This document shows, in pieces, positions 19,438 to 23,851 of a DNA stretch of 23,851 bases (the stretch's first letter is position 1; each line of letters begins with the position of its first letter). The stretch covers positions 124,001-147,851 of the forward strand of contig JAVECO010000034.1 of the NCBI GenBank assembly GCA_051942205.1. Direction: 5' to 3'. Position numbers and translations under genes: made by a program. The stretch comes from Coniocarpon cinnabarinum. Its lineage: Eukaryota. The notes beneath the pieces are model-generated. The model did not search any database, was not told the DNA's origin, and was given only the letters and a program-made list of their open reading frames with translations.

Positions 19438-20468
19438 ATGAGTGGGCCCATCGTACCGCTGCCAGATTGCAGCCTCGAGGTACTCCATGAACATCGTCGC
19501 GACTATCCAAAATGCGAGAGCCATTCCCCCGAGGAGCATAATTTCATCTTCCGTCGCAAGGAGCTTGTGAAAAAGTTCCCACCCGAGCTCGTTGTCCAGT
19601 GGAGGACAGATGCGTACGAGGATGGCAAACACGAAACGCTGTTGAAGGAAGAAGGCTTGACAATCAAATGGGGCCACCGCGTCACGCTGGCTGAATGTCA
19701 AGCCCAGTGGTACGCCATGATGGCTGCACTGCCTGCTCCCAAGGTTTTCGCGTGGCAGGAATACAATGGAATGCACTTCTTATACAGCGCATTCATCGAA
19801 GGATCTCGTTTCGACGAAGTTTGGGGGTCTGGCGACGTCCGGTACAACAACATGGACCATATTCGCCGAAAGCTTCTCAACACCCTGGCTGACATACCCG
19901 CAATGATGCCAGGCAAGGAAGAGGCATTGAACCGTGAGTCTGATCAGTCCTTCGTGATTTTGAAACCATTAAGCGCGCGCTCGTTTTCGTTTTGCGGTCA
20001 CTGAAATAGATTTGTATATATTTGTGCTCCTCTACCAACAGAATTACTACACTTTCCATCTGCTGCTGCTAACAATGATCAGCACCTGGAACGCATCACG
20101 ACCATCTCTTCAATCGCGTGTATCCATTCTTAGGCCTCGAAGAAACCGACTTTGGACGCCATTGGCTACACAAGAATCCTCGTCTGCAACTAGACCAGAA
20201 AGCGGAGCTTGACCGCCAAGAGTCCGGCAGCGCAAGATACGAATTTTGCCACGGCAACATACTTCCCAAAAACGTCCTTGTGCGGTACGAGAGGGGGTCA
20301 TGGGGGATGGTTGCCTTGCTCAATTGGGAATACGCCGGGTGGTGTTGCAAAGATGCCGACAATATCATTATGAACCATAGTGGGGCGTGGCCTGGTGAAT
20401 TTCTGACCAGCAGGCCGATTCGCTGGGTCGAAAATGATGCAAGAGAGTTCGGTCCACTGGGTGGATGA
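19438..20468 (+). CDS. APH/choline-kinase-like phosphotransferase-fold protein, probable pseudokinase, 293 aa; exons 19438-19933 and 20083-20468
   Basis: GLTIKWGHRVTLAECQA, LPAPKVFAW, FIEG, FCHGNILPKNVLV and LLNWEYAGW follow the fungal APH pattern. Intron 19934-20082 (GTGAGT..GCTAAC..CAG) joins ORFs 19438..20004 and 20118..20468 in frame. Confidence 0.8.
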
Positions 20469-21214
20469 CCAGTGACCTGGAGGATGCACGAGCTTGTCAC
20501 GTCCTTTGGGATTTGTCAGGACCTCGATGGACAGCTCACGAGTTTCATCACGACAGACAGCCAAATCCATACTCTATATACCATAACTCGCGAGACTTCT
20601 CGAGCTCTTGGCGCTTAGATGTTACATGTGCATAGCATTCCTACCACCAGATCTGCTCGACTGGACAGCCCAGCCCTCACAATAATTCCACCGAATTTCT
20701 CTTCCCAAAGCCGAAGTCACCATCATTCCGCCCCATTTGCAATGATTGATAGAACGGAATTTGCTGTACGCTCTCACAGCGAATGCAAAGAGTGTACGTG
20801 ACTCTAATATCGAAAAGCCAGAGCGTCTAAGCATGCTGAAACCAAATCGCCTAGCTTGCCTACTAGAAGCGGCTTCGGGGCTCGCGCGGAGGCTGTTACG
20901 AGTGCAACTGACCTGGCCTTGCATCGAACGGGGTTAGTGGCTACGTATACTAAGTGAGACCGATCTCAAAGGCGGTATGTTTCCGTTAAGAGCAGACGCC
21001 TTGCTTGGTCGCGCCGTCTCTCGACACGAACGTCAGGGAAAACAGCGCGAGGCGGGGGACATTGAGTCACTGCATCATCGAGACGGAGTCAAAGTATTCG
21101 CCAGTCTTCGGGGTCGAAGCGGCTCCACTCTAGTGGTTGATCTTCTGGAGATATGCAGTGGCTCAGACATTTGTATTTCGATTGAGAAGTCCCCGTCACC
21201 GTCGTCAAGGACGG

Positions 21215-22075
21215 TCAACCCGGTGCCCACGGCTTGGTTGATTGCTCGGCGTGGGGCGAGCTACCTCTACTGCTACTACCACCCGTGCTGCTCACCTCTG
21301 TGCTGCTCCCTTGCTTTCCGCGTAATAACGGTTGCGAAAGACCTTGTCCTGTGGACTTTGACCCTCCCTCCTTATCATCCTTTCCCTTCTGGCCTATATG
21401 ACCCACATGTTCTATTTTAGGAAACATGGCGAGGAGTGACTCCGCCATGTCTGTCGTCGTGAGATTTTCATCCTGCCAAAGCTGGTCGCTTTTGATCTCC
21501 TCGCGCTTCTTCACCTGGAACCCCGACCAAGCCTGTCGATTATACTGAGTGGATTTGTCGCCCCGGATTTGTTTGAACGACAATTCTTTACATTGGTGGT
21601 GCCGATGGGAAAGAGTGATCGTCGCGCCACTCATTAATTCAATCGCAATTTTGACCGGCAAGTCCAGGCGTAGATTCTCGTTCTTCGGCCCCGAGTAGTG
21701 CCGCCCGACCACTTTGTCAATGGCCTTCACGTCTAACCCGGTCTGCTCCTTGGCTATGCGCTTCACTGCGGCCTCGATAGTCGCATCCGCCTTGTTGCCA
21801 TCGCTGCCTGACGCAAACGCGATATCGCCCTCTGCGAGCACCCAATGCTGGGGATGCCAGGTGCCTTTATTTTTCTCTGGGTTTTTCACTTCAAGCATAA
21901 GCACTTTGGGCTCGGTCAGAATACTGACCCGATGTTCCCGATACAGACCAAGTCGCACCGACACTTTGCGGGGTGCCCCGGCTCTATCAGTAGCTGGCGA
22001 GATTGCTTCCGTGGACGTGGACGCTTCAATCTGATCGTCACGGACCGTAGCTTGTTTTCCCTTGTTCTGGGCCAT
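21215..22075 (-). CDS. Nudix-fold protein with a degenerate Nudix box, 286 aa
   Basis: PKVLMLEV...HWVLAEGDIAF...DATIEAAVKRIAKEQTGLDV resembles the fungal Nudix W-x-x-P-G-G...R-E-x-x-E-E-T-G-L pattern. ITLSHRHHQ resembles the downstream LS-x-EH motif. First ATG at 22075. Confidence 0.65.
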   Translation of the reverse strand: MAQNKGKQATVRDDQIEASTSTEAISPATDRAGAPRKVSVRLGLYREHRVSILTEPKVLMLEVKNPEKNKGTWHPQHWVLAEGDIAFASGSDGNKADATIEAAVKRIAKEQTGLDVKAIDKVVGRHYSGPKNENLRLDLPVKIAIELMSGATITLSHRHHQCKELSFKQIRGDKSTQYNRQAWSGFQVKKREEIKSDQLWQDENLTTTDMAESLLAMFPKIEHVGHIGQKGKDDKEGGSKSTGQGLSQPLLRGKQGSSTEVSSTGGSSSRGSSPHAEQSTKPWAPG

Positions 22076-23093
22076 ATCGATTGATCTTGATCGCTCAGCT
22101 ATACCGATTGAAGACGTTGTCGTGTATGCTAGGCAGTCATGGGTCCGCAAAACAGACGGCAAGAAACGGGAACTGATAAACGAGAGTAGGGCGAACCTCG
22201 GTGAGCACGGACGTGAAGTCGACAGATGCCGAAGCGAAGAACACCAAATAGACTTATCGATGACTGGCGTTGATGTATCCTGTGGTTGTGGCCACTAAAC
22301 TCCAATGCGAAGGCATCAAGATACACTTATAAGTCGCCAAATGAAACGTGTCCCACCGTGTGTTTGGGTGGATATGCCAACTGCTACGTCGGTTTAAACC
22401 AAGCGAGCAGAGCTTTGTGAATGTTTCAACATGTCTCAACGGTCAACGCTCGGCTCGCAACAGGGACTGCACACTCCGACCTCTAGAGGTTTGAAAAGCT
22501 CCATGGGGCGAAGTTTAGCTGTGGCGAGATTATGAGTGCAATGGCCGCATAGTACTACACGCCACTACTTCGTGAGCCTCTCATCCATTTTTAACACTGA
22601 CCGCAATAGTGAAAAGCGATAGGGCGCGCGGATCTCAAGCACTGGTAGTTGTTATTGTGTCACGAATCTTCAATAAGATTGAGGCGCGATCGAATCCTTC
22701 CAAGAGGTCCGATCCTTGCTTCATAGTAGAACAGAGGTGATCCGACGTGGCCGAGCCGAGCGAAGGATCACATCTAGCGCAACCTTATAATAGCACGAAA
22801 GGAATGGACAGATGTCTTTGGGGTCGCAAGAGCATCATTGGAACATTATCGCAAGATGGCCATCGTGCGTGATGTCAGCGTCATATAGACGAGTTGTCGA
22901 GCTGTGTAGTTGCGAGTCTACGATTGCAAGTAGGCCCCATGCAGAATCCGGGCACGTGACAGCTTAAGCACGCTGACGCGAGCGTCGATCCCTGGAGATC
23001 TGAACATCAAGCAGACGACGCAACCGAACATAAAATGATCCAATAACACAATCACACCTTCCCACAGCCTCTCTCTCCTCTCTCGACACCTCT

Positions 23094-23851
23094 ATGCCAC
23101 CACTCCGCCGCTACCTACGAATAACACCCCACTCCATCCTCGAAACCCGAATTTATTTAACCGATCCCTATCAAACAAGCTGGCTCACCTCTTCCACCCC
23201 CACCATTTCCTCAACCACCTCCACAATCACCAGAGATCCCGCCACCACCACCACCCCAGCACCCATCCTCACCCGCATCATCACAGCCATCCGCCCCTAC
23301 GTCCTGCGCCAATTGAGAGAAGAGCGCGAACGCGCCCTCAGCGCCAAACCGGCCAAACGGCGGAAAATCACAAAAGACGTGGCCGTCGAAGAGGACTTTG
23401 AAGTTTCTGTTTTCCTGACGGAGAGCGGGTGTCGGCATCAGATCCTCGTGAAACAGCGGGGGATCTCTGGTAATCAGAACGTCAAGGGCGTTAAGCGACG
23501 AAAAGGACGGGCGGGGAAGTTGACGGGATGGCTTGAGAAGGAAGAAAGTCGTGACGTGATCGATGTTGATGCCGAACAAGGTCCAGATCAAGGGGAAGCG
23601 GGCAACGATGCAGTACCAATCCGCGAAGAATCAGATGATGAAGGGGGAAAGAAACTAGAGGAATACGCCGAAATCAGCGATGATGAGGGATTCGTGCAGA
23701 CGCAGGCGCGGAGGCAAACCGAGATGATGCAGGAAGCGGACGAGAAGAAGAAGAAGGCACTGGATGTCAAGTATGATGGGTTTGCGATTTATGGGAAAAC
23801 GCTTTGTTTGGTTGTGAAGCGGAGGGGACCGGGTGCGAGGAGGAGGGGGAG
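23094..23851 (+). CDS. Conserved fungal hypothetical protein (3' end outside the window)
   Basis: Stop-free frame from ATG 23094: MPPLRRYLRITPHSILETRIYL...IRPYVLRQLREERER...EEDFEVSVFLTESGCRHQIL...KKKALDVKYDGFAIYGKTLCLVVKRR. The block pattern is recalled from uncharacterised Pezizomycotina proteins. Missing from the ORF track because there is no stop. Confidence 0.8.
   Translation, partial: MPPLRRYLRITPHSILETRIYLTDPYQTSWLTSSTPTISSTTSTITRDPATTTTPAPILTRIITAIRPYVLRQLREERERALSAKPAKRRKITKDVAVEEDFEVSVFLTESGCRHQILVKQRGISGNQNVKGVKRRKGRAGKLTGWLEKEESRDVIDVDAEQGPDQGEAGNDAVPIREESDDEGGKKLEEYAEISDDEGFVQTQARRQTEMMQEADEKKKKALDVKYDGFAIYGKTLCLVVKRRGPGARRRG

Noticed and set aside
20010..20013. Possible microexon inside the 149-nt kinase intron (tag-ATTT-gtatat)
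   Set aside because: A 4-nt exon would break the frame; the single intron joins the exons correctly.

Overview
Eukaryotic DNA from a filamentous ascomycete (Pezizomycotina-type short introns: GT..RCTRAC..YAG). The conserved genes are a 3-exon mitochondrial-type hypothetical protein (-), an IRC21-like cytochrome b5 protein, ERG9 squalene synthase (3 exons), a Sam37/metaxin-like gene (-) and a conserved fungal hypothetical gene running off the right end. Between ERG9 and SAM37 is about 10 kb of apparently gene-poor DNA holding a head-to-tail array of at least seven intact small Cys/His-rich genes with no signal peptide (M-C-x4-C-x2/3-[C/H]-x5-8-C-x7/8-C-x9-12-C-x2-C, 50-101 aa), plus one clear and one possible decayed copy. 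The ORF track mis-starts or misses these genes: four have an intron splitting the start codon (AT^G) and two share an intron in codon 49. Between two neighbouring copies the promoter module and intron are more similar than the coding core. The window also has a hidden 3-exon orphan gene beside a RIP-like AT-rich tract, and two adjacent probable pseudoenzymes (an APH-like kinase with both catalytic Asp changed to Asn, and a Nudix protein with a degenerate box). Gene models and identity counts were made by eye; no database searches were run.
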